Source: an uncultured Pseudomonadota bacterium (lineage in GTDB: Bacteria; Myxococcota_A; Polyangia; Fen-1088). Taken from it: 64,000 bases of DNA. Below, in pieces: positions 46,984 through 56,195 of the stretch. The stretch spans positions 7,532 to 71,531 of the forward strand of contig CAVTSM010000009.1 of assembly GCA_963737345.1 (NCBI GenBank), read 5' to 3'. Every line of letters begins with the position of its first letter. Position 1 is the first letter of the stretch. The position numbers and the translations under genes were made by a program. The notes under the pieces were generated by a model. The model was not told where the DNA came from. It searched no databases and saw only the letters and a program-made list of their open reading frames with translations.

Positions 46984-49900
46984 TGGGCGCCAGCATACTT
47001 CGCGTGCTGGAGCAAACAATTGCTATCAATGAGCGCGTTCGTTCAAGGCCGAACTGGAGTGCGCACTCGGACGGCGGGTTGTTGTACGATGCTGCGGTGA
47101 CCGCCTTCGTCGTCGCCCGCGATCGCGATGCGTACGCGACGATCAGAGGCTTTGTCTACCAGATTGAGCTGACGCTCTCTCGGTGGATGGAACTCGCCGA
47201 GACTGAAGCATTGGAGTTGGAGTGCGGCGAGGATATCGACGTTGTCGGCCGTGTTCTGGGAGCGGAAGACGGCGATCCGTCCGTACACCGAATCTTGGAG
47301 CAGGTGAAGTATCGCGCGAAGGCAATCACACTTCGATCGCCCGAATCGCTGGGTGCCATTGCGAATTTCGTGGAGCACCGCGAAGCGAATCCGGGGCTTC
47401 GACTGAGATTTCGGTTTGTAACGCACGCCGAGGCAGGTCGAGAGCGGCCGACAACCCTGCCGGACAACTATTCGGGAATAGGTGCCTGGGAAGCCATACG
47501 GAGACAAGAAGTACAGGGTGAGGTGCTGCGCGACCTACTTCGCGGACTCGGCACGCTTTTGCAAACTGCCGAAGTTCCCGGAGGCGCCGCTCCTTTAGCC
47601 TGGGCGCGCCTGCAGGAGATTGCGCGGTCGGAAGCGGAGCTTCGCAGCCTTGTCGGAGATTTTGAATGGAGTCTACGAGCCGGGATGCCCGCCGAAGTCG
47701 CAGAGGGCCTTCGGGAAACCCTTTTGCGACAGTTCGGAGCGTCGGATGCCGAGACGGCACAAATTCAATATTTGCGCCTCTTCGATCGGGCCGTGCGCAC
47801 CCTTTGCCGGCCAGGTCTCAAGAGGCTGACGGCAAAGGATCGTGACGAAATCCTAGTCCAGCCTTCGCCCACGCCCGAAGAGCAGCGACGGCACGCTCTT
47901 CTTCGCGAAGTGCTCGGTGAGCTTCGTGAAATCGTCGACGGACACGGCAGACACATCCAACGTCTGGAAGATCAGATGGGTGATGTGCAGGTCCAGCTAC
48001 AAAAGATGGTGGGAACGGAATTCGGACCGCTCCTGCCCGAGGGGGCACCCGACCTCAGCCTTCCGATCGGTCTCGTCCATGCAGCGTCTCGCCGGGAAGC
48101 GATTGATCTGCTGGGCAAAGCTTCTGCCTCTGCAACGTGGACCGTCGTTCAGGGTGGACTGGGGAGCGGGAAGAGTGAACTGGTTCGGACCTTTGTTGCT
48201 CGAAGAAGCACACGGCACCCGTGGGTCCGTCTCCGTGATCTCGGTCCAGCGGCGGCCAGTGCACGCTTGCGGCAGGCGGCTCGACACGTGTCTTGCGGGC
48301 GAACGTTCGATGATCCGAAGAGCCTAGGTCGTGCACTGGCGGAGTACGTTGGGCGGGAAGGCCTTCTCGTCCTCGACGACATGCCGCGCGTCGACGGAGG
48401 TGGCGAACTCTTCGATGACGTCGTGCGAATCGTGAATGCATTGGACGCCGTCGGTGGTCGACTACTGTCGACGAGTAGCTACGATATCGATCCCGCCGTG
48501 CGGGAACGCTTCGACGGTAGCCGACTAGCGGTGTTGTCGGCTCCTACCTTCACGGACGACGACATTCGCGAGTGGCTTCGGTCCGTCGATGCTCCAGAGC
48601 GATGGTCGACGCGCGAAGCATGCGGCTACCTTGCGATGCGATCGAGTCGCCACCCGGTTCTTTTGGCAGACGCCATCCGAGGCCTGAAGTCGATGGGATG
48701 GCCTCTGGTGGACGACTTCGAACGCGCGGCTGGTGAACGGCCGACGCCGGAACGGGCGACCATGCGCCGTTTGGTGCGGTCAGTACCCGTGGAGGACCGG
48801 CGCAACCTTCTTTATAGGCTCACTCTGGTCAGAGGACCTATATCTACCGCCGAGGTGCGGGCCGTCGCGGAAGCACCGCCACCGATCGGCGAGTCACAAG
48901 CGCACGTGTCCGAACTTGCCGGCCTATGGCTCCAGACCGACTCAGGAGACCGTTACGTCGTGTCGCCGCTTGTAGCGCGCCTTGGCGATACCGAACTGAC
49001 TGAGGTGGTACGGCGGACCGTAAATCGACAGCTAGGGATGCTCGTGCTTTCACGCGGTTCGCTGGGGGTAAGTGACGTTGTGCGGGCATGGTACTACCTG
49101 ACCGACGCCGGCATGCGCTCGAAGGCTGTGGCGCTCCTCACTTGGGCGTTGGGCGCCGCGAGAGCCGCAGGGGATCGCCGCACACAACTGCTCCTACTCC
49201 GTCTCGGAAGAAACGCTTCGCTTACGGAAGTGTCTGCTGGAATGCAGATCAACCTGCGCGCGACTCAGATCAGCGTCGCCGCCCGTCTCGGTAAGTCCGC
49301 AGCTGACATCGAGACTGAGCTCGCCGTCCTGTTGGACCAGCCGCTTCCCGATGGTGAGAGGTGGTCGCTGGTCGTCGCTGCTACAGCTCTTACTATCGCG
49401 CGAGGGCCAAAGAACGACGGCTTGGTAAGTCGGGTGTTCAGCCTCGCGCTTCAACACTACTCGACGGCACGTCTTCCCAACGGGGTGGAAATTGCTGACG
49501 TCATGCCAGAGACCTTCGAGCAGCTGATCTGGCTGCAGGCTGGGAACGTTCAGTCCTCCGAAGGCGTTGCGGCATGGCTGCAGACGCTCGAGTCGATGAG
49601 TCCGGAGCAGCGCCAGACAGCTCTGGCGGGCGATTCGTATCTAGATGGCTGCTCCGCCATCTCGTCGCGTGTGTGGTTGCGCGAAAATGCGAAACCACGT
49701 GACGAACAGAACTGGTCATCGGCGGAGAGTTTGTTGGGCGAGATCGAAACGGCCGGCCGAAGGCTCGGGCTGGAGCCCCTGTGGGCGTGGGCGCTGCGCA
49801 TTCGGATCATCGCTCTTGCTGAACACCTTGGTCGGCCAGAGGACGCGATCGCGTTCGGGCGGGAAGGCCTAATCGTTGCAGTCACTCCGCTGGGCCAGTT

Positions 49901-51290
49901 CGCACTGCGCGACGTCATCGGTCATCAGTTGGTTGGGATAGGTCGCTCAGGCGAGGCACGGCCGTATCTCGAGGAAGCTCAGCTCCCAGTGTTTGAGGGC
50001 TTTGAGCTGTTCCGGATTCGGTCTCGGTTGGAGCTGGCATCTATCTTGGGGCGAGAAGAGCGCGCGAAGGCCGTCTCTTTGACGGGAGAAGCACTGGATC
50101 TGGCAAACGAGACCGCAGCTCTGCCCGCTTCGGAGGTAGTCATGTGTCTCGCAGAAGCAGCGATCGCCCGCTTCGATGCCGGTGGAGTCTCCGCTGCGTT
50201 CGACGCTTGGGACGATGCGCTCGGTCGAGTAGTCGACGGGGTGTCTGCTGAACCAACCGACAAATGGAAGGGGCTCCTTGTCCGATGCGGTCATGTGTCT
50301 GGATACTTCGTCTCGATGGCCCGTACAGGCGCTCCACCGGAGCGTAAGGCGGGCACGCCATACGCCCAACCAAAGCTGGGTATGTTCCTGGGCGAGTCTG
50401 CATCGTTGGCGGGGTTCTTTGCCGAGACATCGGTTGGCCTGCTTATGACTCACGGCGCTCTTTACGCAGAGGCCGTCGGCCGCGACGACCGTGCGGCCGC
50501 GTGGGCGCTGCGTGGAATCGACGAGGCGACCAGAACTGGCGATAAGCCGACGCTCGCAATTCTCGCTACTACGGCCGTGAATCCCCTAATAGTTGCAGGC
50601 GACTATGGTGCTGCGCTGGATGCGGCGTTTCGCGGTGCGAGCATCGCGTCGGAGGCCCTCGCGACCATCTCACCTGACGCCGGTCAGCGCCCGCCGGAGA
50701 AGGTTGTCGATGAGGCCGAGGAGAGAGCGCTCGCACTCGCTGTCGTGCCGGTGGCACTCCAGCTCGCTGTTGCTGTGCAATCAAAGGGCGAGGATGTGGC
50801 CGCGAGAATCAACAGAATCGGTATCGCGTGTGAGATCCTGGCGGGAAGGTCCGCACGTCCAGACATGTGGAAGAGTGCGGCTGGAGTGCTTGAGGAATCG
50901 TTTGTGCGTGGAGCGACTGTGAGGCGACTGTACGAAGAGTCCCAGAGGCTGGGTGCGAAGTACGGACGCGTATTCCAAGCGGTCGCCTATATCGGAGCCG
51001 CGATTAGCCCAAACGCGTCGCTGGAAGACACGCTGGCGTTCCAGTGGGAGGTGCGCCGGTATGTTCTGAATGCGTTTGGCTCTAAGTCATCGACGCTGCG
51101 CCTCTTTCTTGATCCTTTCGTCGAGACCTTTTGGGGCGAGGCAACCAGGGAACAACGCTATCGCTTCCGTAACCCACAGATACTCGCAGTGGACTTCGAA
51201 GCCGCACGTGCGGTCGGCGAGGGAACCCGGGCCGGGGCGATTCTTCGAGTGGTTGGGTCGGCTCTTGGCGTGATCTTAAAGGGCGAGTAA
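46983..51290 (+). CDS. Large NTPase: N-terminal PD-(D/E)xK (DUF4297/Cap4-like) nuclease module, P-loop (STAND-like) core, long helical-repeat C-terminus
   Basis: 1435-codon intact ORF. The start is uncertain (TTG 46983, GTG 47004, TTG 47079). RGFVYQ, ECGEDID (about 47220-47240), EQVKY (about 47298-47312), Walker A GGLGSGKS (48153-48176), Walker B LLVLDD (about 48366-48383), then ~950 aa rich in helical Leu/Ala repeats. Confidence 0.85.
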   Translation: MGASILRVLEQTIAINERVRSRPNWSAHSDGGLLYDAAVTAFVVARDRDAYATIRGFVYQIELTLSRWMELAETEALELECGEDIDVVGRVLGAEDGDPSVHRILEQVKYRAKAITLRSPESLGAIANFVEHREANPGLRLRFRFVTHAEAGRERPTTLPDNYSGIGAWEAIRRQEVQGEVLRDLLRGLGTLLQTAEVPGGAAPLAWARLQEIARSEAELRSLVGDFEWSLRAGMPAEVAEGLRETLLRQFGASDAETAQIQYLRLFDRAVRTLCRPGLKRLTAKDRDEILVQPSPTPEEQRRHALLREVLGELREIVDGHGRHIQRLEDQMGDVQVQLQKMVGTEFGPLLPEGAPDLSLPIGLVHAASRREAIDLLGKASASATWTVVQGGLGSGKSELVRTFVARRSTRHPWVRLRDLGPAAASARLRQAARHVSCGRTFDDPKSLGRALAEYVGREGLLVLDDMPRVDGGGELFDDVVRIVNALDAVGGRLLSTSSYDIDPAVRERFDGSRLAVLSAPTFTDDDIREWLRSVDAPERWSTREACGYLAMRSSRHPVLLADAIRGLKSMGWPLVDDFERAAGERPTPERATMRRLVRSVPVEDRRNLLYRLTLVRGPISTAEVRAVAEAPPPIGESQAHVSELAGLWLQTDSGDRYVVSPLVARLGDTELTEVVRRTVNRQLGMLVLSRGSLGVSDVVRAWYYLTDAGMRSKAVALLTWALGAARAAGDRRTQLLLLRLGRNASLTEVSAGMQINLRATQISVAARLGKSAADIETELAVLLDQPLPDGERWSLVVAATALTIARGPKNDGLVSRVFSLALQHYSTARLPNGVEIADVMPETFEQLIWLQAGNVQSSEGVAAWLQTLESMSPEQRQTALAGDSYLDGCSAISSRVWLRENAKPRDEQNWSSAESLLGEIETAGRRLGLEPLWAWALRIRIIALAEHLGRPEDAIAFGREGLIVAVTPLGQFALRDVIGHQLVGIGRSGEARPYLEEAQLPVFEGFELFRIRSRLELASILGREERAKAVSLTGEALDLANETAALPASEVVMCLAEAAIARFDAGGVSAAFDAWDDALGRVVDGVSAEPTDKWKGLLVRCGHVSGYFVSMARTGAPPERKAGTPYAQPKLGMFLGESASLAGFFAETSVGLLMTHGALYAEAVGRDDRAAAWALRGIDEATRTGDKPTLAILATTAVNPLIVAGDYGAALDAAFRGASIASEALATISPDAGQRPPEKVVDEAEERALALAVVPVALQLAVAVQSKGEDVAARINRIGIACEILAGRSARPDMWKSAAGVLEESFVRGATVRRLYEESQRLGAKYGRVFQAVAYIGAAISPNASLEDTLAFQWEVRRYVLNAFGSKSSTLRLFLDPFVETFWGEATREQRYRFRNPQILAVDFEAARAVGEGTRAGAILRVVGSALGVILKGE

Positions 51291-51566
51291 GTGTGCGAGC
51301 AGGCGATGGGTGCATCGCAATTAGTGCCTCGACGGGCTTGCAGTTGCGGCAGACGCCGCTGTCGCCAGCCGGCTCGACGTAAGGGGTGATATCACCTCAT
51401 CTCAATCGAAAGCCGCGCGACACTGTGGTGTCTGGTACCCGCCAATCGGTCCCGCTGACCTTGAAATGCGCAAGCACGCGGCCGGTGGGCTCGGGTCTCG
51501 TGTTTCTATCTATCTACCAGGTCGTCAGGCTCAGTCCGTCGCATGCTTCGGATGCCGATAGCCGAC

Positions 51567-52012
51567 TCAACGCTTCAAAACTGCAGCTATCCGCGGATGC
51601 AGTTGGTCAACTGATCGCGAGACACCCTGAGCGCACCTCAGAAACTGTGAACGCATGTCTTCGACCTGAATCTCTACCGCAATTCGTTCCGCGATGTCGT
51701 CGGCAAGCTCGGGACCGCAAATCGCGAGTACCCGGCCCATTACGAACCAACGATTGTGGGACGCTCCCAGTTCTGCGGCTGCAACGGCGGCCGCGGCCTT
51801 CGCAGCCAGCGAGCCCGCCGAGAACACCGCTTGTACTCGGCCGATGATCACGTCACAGAATGCAAATGTGAATCCCGTTGAGCGAACCCAGCGGCAGTAT
51901 TTGTCGGCGATGCGGTCGCCTAATCCTTCGCCGCGACCTGCGAGCTGCTTTAAGTGCTCGGAGTCGAGGGCGGCAAGACTCGGCTCATCTTCGCCAGAAT
52001 CCGGGAGAGCGT
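51567..52012 (-). pseudogene. C-terminal part of the IS-interrupted kinase gene
   Basis: The reading frame ...DALPDSGEDEPSLAALDSEHLKQL...HPRIAAVLKR stop continues exactly from 53490 once the IS and one CTAG copy are removed. Confidence 0.65.
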
Positions 52013-52016
52013 CTAG

Positions 52017-53489
52017 CAGCCCGTGGTGGAAGCCCTTCCGCCGCTCAGGCCGGGACGTGGACGACCGCGATGGGCGTCTCGAGCGCGAATCGGACCGCCG
52101 GGCGGACCTGTCGCCAGTAAGCCCGCAGCGAGCGCAGCAACGCGAGGAGGGCGACCGCAAAAGCGGCCGCCCGGCCCTGGAGGCACCTCGGCTTGCCGAC
52201 ACCGAAGCGCGTTCGCATCAGCAAGGCCAGGTTGAGGCCCGCGATGTGCACCAGGAGCCGCTTGGCGATGTTCTCGTGTTTGCGCAGGTGCGTGCGTCGC
52301 ATGCCGCCGGTTTCGAAGGCGTGAGCAAAGGGGCGTTCGATGAGCTCGCCGCGCAGGCGCATCAACGCGAGGCCGCGGCGTCCGTTCTTGCGTCGACGAT
52401 TGGCGTACACCGCAGCGCACTCCGCCTGCTGCCCCGGCCATTTCTGCCGACCACGTTGAGGCTCGGCGATGTACGTGCGCCAGCCCGCTTGCTGCAGCGA
52501 CAGCAGCACCATCTTGCTGTGGTAGCCCTTGTCTGCCACGGCTTCCTCAAGATCTCCCTCACGCTGCGATTCGTCGCCGGCAATCTCGCGGGCGTCGTCG
52601 AGATTCTTCACCGCCGCGTCGAGCGTCCCTTCGATGGTCGCCGTGTCTCCCGCCGACGCCGGCACCAGCGTCACTGCCACGACTGCGCCGGTATCAAGGT
52701 CGACCGCATGCTCTTCCTTGTGGGCCAGGTGCGTCCGCCCGTCCTTCATCTTCGTGATCTTGGCGTCGGGATCGTTCGGGTTGAACCAGTCGTCGTTCGA
52801 GCCCTTCTTCTTTCGCTTCCGATCGAGGCGCGCCAGATCTTCGCGCGTCGGTGTTTCGATCCCCGAAGCCTTGGCCAGGTCTTCGAGAAACGTCTGGTAT
52901 GTGCGGCCATCGTCGCGCCGAACGATCGAACGCATCGCCGCGTTCGCCTCCAGCGTCGTCGCGTCCACACCGATCGTCTTGCCCTTGATGAGCCCGGCCC
53001 CGTCGAGTACGCCCAGCACCCAGGTGAACACGGCCTGATGTGTCTCCAGATCGATCAGCCGCCGCGTCCGCGAGATCGTCGAGTGGTCGGGCGTCAGCTT
53101 GCTGGCCGGCACTCCGATAAAGTCACGCAGACTCAGCGAGTCGGCGGCTCGCCAGGCGATCCCTCGTTCGCTATCGATGCCCTCGAAGAACCCGAGCAGC
53201 AAGCTGCGGAAGTAGATTCCCGGAGCAAGCCCCGGCCGTCCCATCTTCTTCGCGTAGAACTTCGAGCAGAGCCGCTCGACGTACCGATCGAACCCTTGCT
53301 CCCCCAGGACACGATTCACCGCCCGATAGAAAGGATGGCTCTGCGACCGTAGCTGCTGATGCGTGACGAACAGGTCTTCCTGCTCGCCCTCTCGCTTTCC
53401 CATTGCCACGTCCGCATCCTGCCCAACCCGAGATCCTGCGTCGATCGTGATCAGGTGTTCAGGTCACCCGAGACTTCCACCACGGGCTG
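52017..53489 (-). mobile_element. Insertion sequence (IS5/IS1182-superfamily type), 1473 bp, 16-bp terminal IRs, flanked by CTAG on both sides
   Basis: cagcccgtggtggaag (52017-52032) is the exact reverse complement of cttccaccacgggctg (53474-53489). CTAG lies at 52013-52016 and 53490-53493. A single transposase ORF is inside. Confidence 0.85.
52045..53409 (-). CDS. DDE transposase (InsH-like N-terminal domain plus IS4/IS5-type catalytic domain)
   Basis: 454-aa ORF. GRPGLAPGIYFRSLLLGFFEGIDSERGIAWRAADSLSLRDFIG, TIGVDATTLEANAAM, AVADKGYHS and RGELIERPFAHAFETGGMRR are typical of this transposase type. Confidence 0.9.
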   Translation of the reverse strand: MAMGKREGEQEDLFVTHQQLRSQSHPFYRAVNRVLGEQGFDRYVERLCSKFYAKKMGRPGLAPGIYFRSLLLGFFEGIDSERGIAWRAADSLSLRDFIGVPASKLTPDHSTISRTRRLIDLETHQAVFTWVLGVLDGAGLIKGKTIGVDATTLEANAAMRSIVRRDDGRTYQTFLEDLAKASGIETPTREDLARLDRKRKKKGSNDDWFNPNDPDAKITKMKDGRTHLAHKEEHAVDLDTGAVVAVTLVPASAGDTATIEGTLDAAVKNLDDAREIAGDESQREGDLEEAVADKGYHSKMVLLSLQQAGWRTYIAEPQRGRQKWPGQQAECAAVYANRRRKNGRRGLALMRLRGELIERPFAHAFETGGMRRTHLRKHENIAKRLLVHIAGLNLALLMRTRFGVGKPRCLQGRAAAFAVALLALLRSLRAYWRQVRPAVRFALETPIAVVHVPA

Positions 53490-54342
53490 CTAGGTAATCG
53501 GCAAACTCTTCCGCTTTCTCGTTGCTCCAGGTGGCGATATCGGGCAGCTCGGCGATCCACTGTTGAGCTTGGGGGGTTGGCGGGATCTTTTGCGGAGTTG
53601 CTAGGATCGATAAAAGCGCGGCTCTAAGGGCGGCGACATTTTTGAATCGTTTCGCCGGGGAAAGCTCCGTGCACTTTTCAATCACCCGACCGATCGGACC
53701 CGGCGCAGAATGACGCTGGTACGGAATCCGAGGAGTCGAACCATAGATATCGTGGAGGATGCAGCCAAAAGCATAGATGTCAACGGCCGGGGTGGACCCG
53801 CTGAAATGTGTGGCTTGCTCGGGCGCGCAGTAATGCAAGGTGCCCCAAGCTGAATCCACCGATGTAAGCTTCGTCGTTGTACCTGTCGGTGGCAACGCGA
53901 GCCCGAAATCAGACAGGCGCCAGTGACCGTCGAGCAACAGAACGTTTTGGGGCTTCAAGTCTCGGTGGGTGTACCCGAGTCTATGGAGTTCTTCTAAGCC
54001 GTCCAAAATGTCGGCTAGCGGTTCCACACTGACGAAGCCGGCCGCCTTCTCGGCGGTAATCTGATCTCCGTAGTTCTTGGCGGCGAGCGGCATCGCGAAC
54101 CACGGAGGCGCATCTTCAAGGTGGTGCTCGATGACCGGTACTACGAACTCCACGGCGATCGTCGACTGTATTCTAACCTCACGACGAAACCTCGCCCGAA
54201 GCTTCGAAATGTCCGCGCCTGCTAGTGCGGGCCCGGGATCAAATACCTTTCTCGCGGCGATCTCGCCGTTCGCCAGCCGGACTTGTTCAACCCGACCGAA
54301 GCCCCCTCGGTTTATGATCGACAACACATCAGGAGCCGCCAT
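53490..54342 (-). pseudogene. N-terminal Ser/Thr kinase domain of the IS-interrupted gene
   Basis: GGFGRV, AARK, HRDLKPQNVLL, SDFGLA and YCAPEQ. In its present state the ORF reads 9 codons into the IS and stops at 53464. Confidence 0.8.
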
Positions 54343-55186
54343 TCATCGGTGTCGCTTTCTGGCGCTCAACCTCGCCTTGGTCCCCTAGGCTGAGGTTCAG
54401 CGTTTCAGAGCGGTATCGGCTGGTCAAGTTCTTCACATATGAAGTGGTCGACGATTGCCTACGGATGTTGCCCGAACTCCTTCGCTCACGGCGCGCGGAT
54501 CGACACACTCGCCCTGTGTGAGCGCGTCACGGAGACGCTTTACGCGGTGACGACCGTGTATCCCTCCGCCGACAATAAGGGGCCCGTCCTAAGGCTGGCT
54601 GACGGTCGCTGGTAGTCTGCGTTCCGGCCGACCCTGGATTGAGGATCCTGCCGCGCTTCAGTGGACGGTGTCGCTACGTTGCCTGAGCGACTAGCAAACG
54701 GGGGCGCAGTGATGGCCCCCGGCGGGTCTGCTGCGTTCACAGGCACGCCGTACTGCACGCTCTCCGTCATCGGCACACCCGCACGCGATGCACGCCGGCA
54801 CCGCAAGAAGGTCAATCGCATCCATTCTCGATTTGCGCGGCGGGGCGATCCCGTCGACGGCGCTCGGTTGCGCGTCCGAAGACCGCGGCCAGCCCTGGCT
54901 GTCGCGGTTCGAGTCGACCCTGGCGCCGGAGCAACGCGTGTCGTTCGATCTTCCGGCCTGCGGGATCTCACGTTCGCCGTCCCTGCCTCTCCTCCCGGGC
55001 TGGAATCGAGCACCGGGGCGACTGCGCTCGGCGCCCCTCGGCGGACCCGCTGCGCGGGCTCGCGCTTCTGCCTTTTCGGCTCCCCCACGGGGACGTGGTC
55101 CCCCCGAAAACGCAGCGCTCGGCCGAGGGGAGCCGGCTGCGCGCCCCCACCTGGGTGCCTCGATTCCAACCACAGAGGAGACCCAG

Positions 55187-55679
55187 ATGAAGGACGCAAA
55201 CTCCACGACCCCAGCGCCAGCCGGACCCGGACCGAACGACCTCGGGATGCGCAAGCTCGGCGAGCGAGCCACGAGGATCTTCACGATGCTGGTCGACGGC
55301 GTCGACGTCGGGGACGCGAAGAAGCTGGACAACGCGCCGGGCGCGTTCATGGCGGTGACGGTCGACTTCCTCATCGCGCGCCACCACCAGGCGCCCGTGG
55401 GCGGTGTATGCGGTCGCGCACCGGTACCTCGTGAACGGCGACCTCATCCCCGATCCCGACGTCGAGTTCTACGTCGTCGATGATCCCGGGCGACCTGGTA
55501 CCAAAGCCGTCTATCCGATCGCCATCGACCACGGGCCGCTCGCGTATCACTGCTACATCGACGTGGACCACGCCGGCCGGTTGACGCTCTCAAGCGCCCG
55601 CGGCCAAGCCGAGCTCGCACGGTTCTGCGACGTCTGGATGAAGAACATCGCCGCTCAGCAGCGGCTGGAGGTGCATTAG
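55187..55679 (+). pseudogene. Hypothetical ICE-associated gene with one frameshift near 55395
   Basis: ATG 55187 after GAGGAG. MKDANSTT...FMAVTVDFLIARHHQAP in one frame, then WAVYAVAHRYLVNGDLIPDPDVEFYVVDD...FCDVWMKNIAAQQRLEVH in another. The junction is at a CCC run. Confidence 0.5.
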
Positions 55680-55827
55680 CCATGCCGGCGACCGCCGCGC
55701 GTGCCGGTCCCCTCTCCCGGCGCAACTGCCGGCTCGGCTGCCCGAAACCCTCGTAGGGTGGCGCCTCTCGTGAGCCTCGGGGCTCCGGGCGCGCGCCAAG
55801 CACTGCAAACGCCGAAAGGAGACCCAC

Positions 55828-56079
55828 ATGGCCAGCGATACCAAGAAGAAAGGCGTCCTCCACGTCTTCGGGATCGAGAAGCGAGACGATCGCAGCGAGC
55901 CCGGCAAGACATTCAACATCTGGACGCGCATCGGGACGGCGTTCGTCAATGACGACGAGTCGATCAACATCAAGCTCAGCTACGTCCCGGTCGGACCTGA
56001 CATCACCATCCAGGTCCGCAAGCCGGACGAGCGGCGCAAGGGCGCTGAGGAGCGCGGTGGCGAGGCGCGGCGTAGCTGA
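55828..56079 (+). CDS. Small hypothetical protein
   Basis: 83-aa ORF preceded by AAAGGAG (about 55816-55822). No motif recognised. Confidence 0.5.
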   Translation: MASDTKKKGVLHVFGIEKRDDRSEPGKTFNIWTRIGTAFVNDDESINIKLSYVPVGPDITIQVRKPDERRKGAEERGGEARRS

Positions 56080-56195
56080 CGGCGCGCGGCGGCGCGGGAC
56101 GCCTCGCGCCGCCCGCGCCCCGTTCTCGCGAACGCCGCAACCCGCGGCGCCGCTGCCCGAGTGGATCCGTCGGACACACCAGAAAGGGACCAACC

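Noticed and set aside
51694-53352. 552-aa plus-strand ORF spanning the IS
   Set aside because: It is antisense to the transposase gene and to the kinase C-terminal fragment, and has a low-complexity R/P-rich composition.
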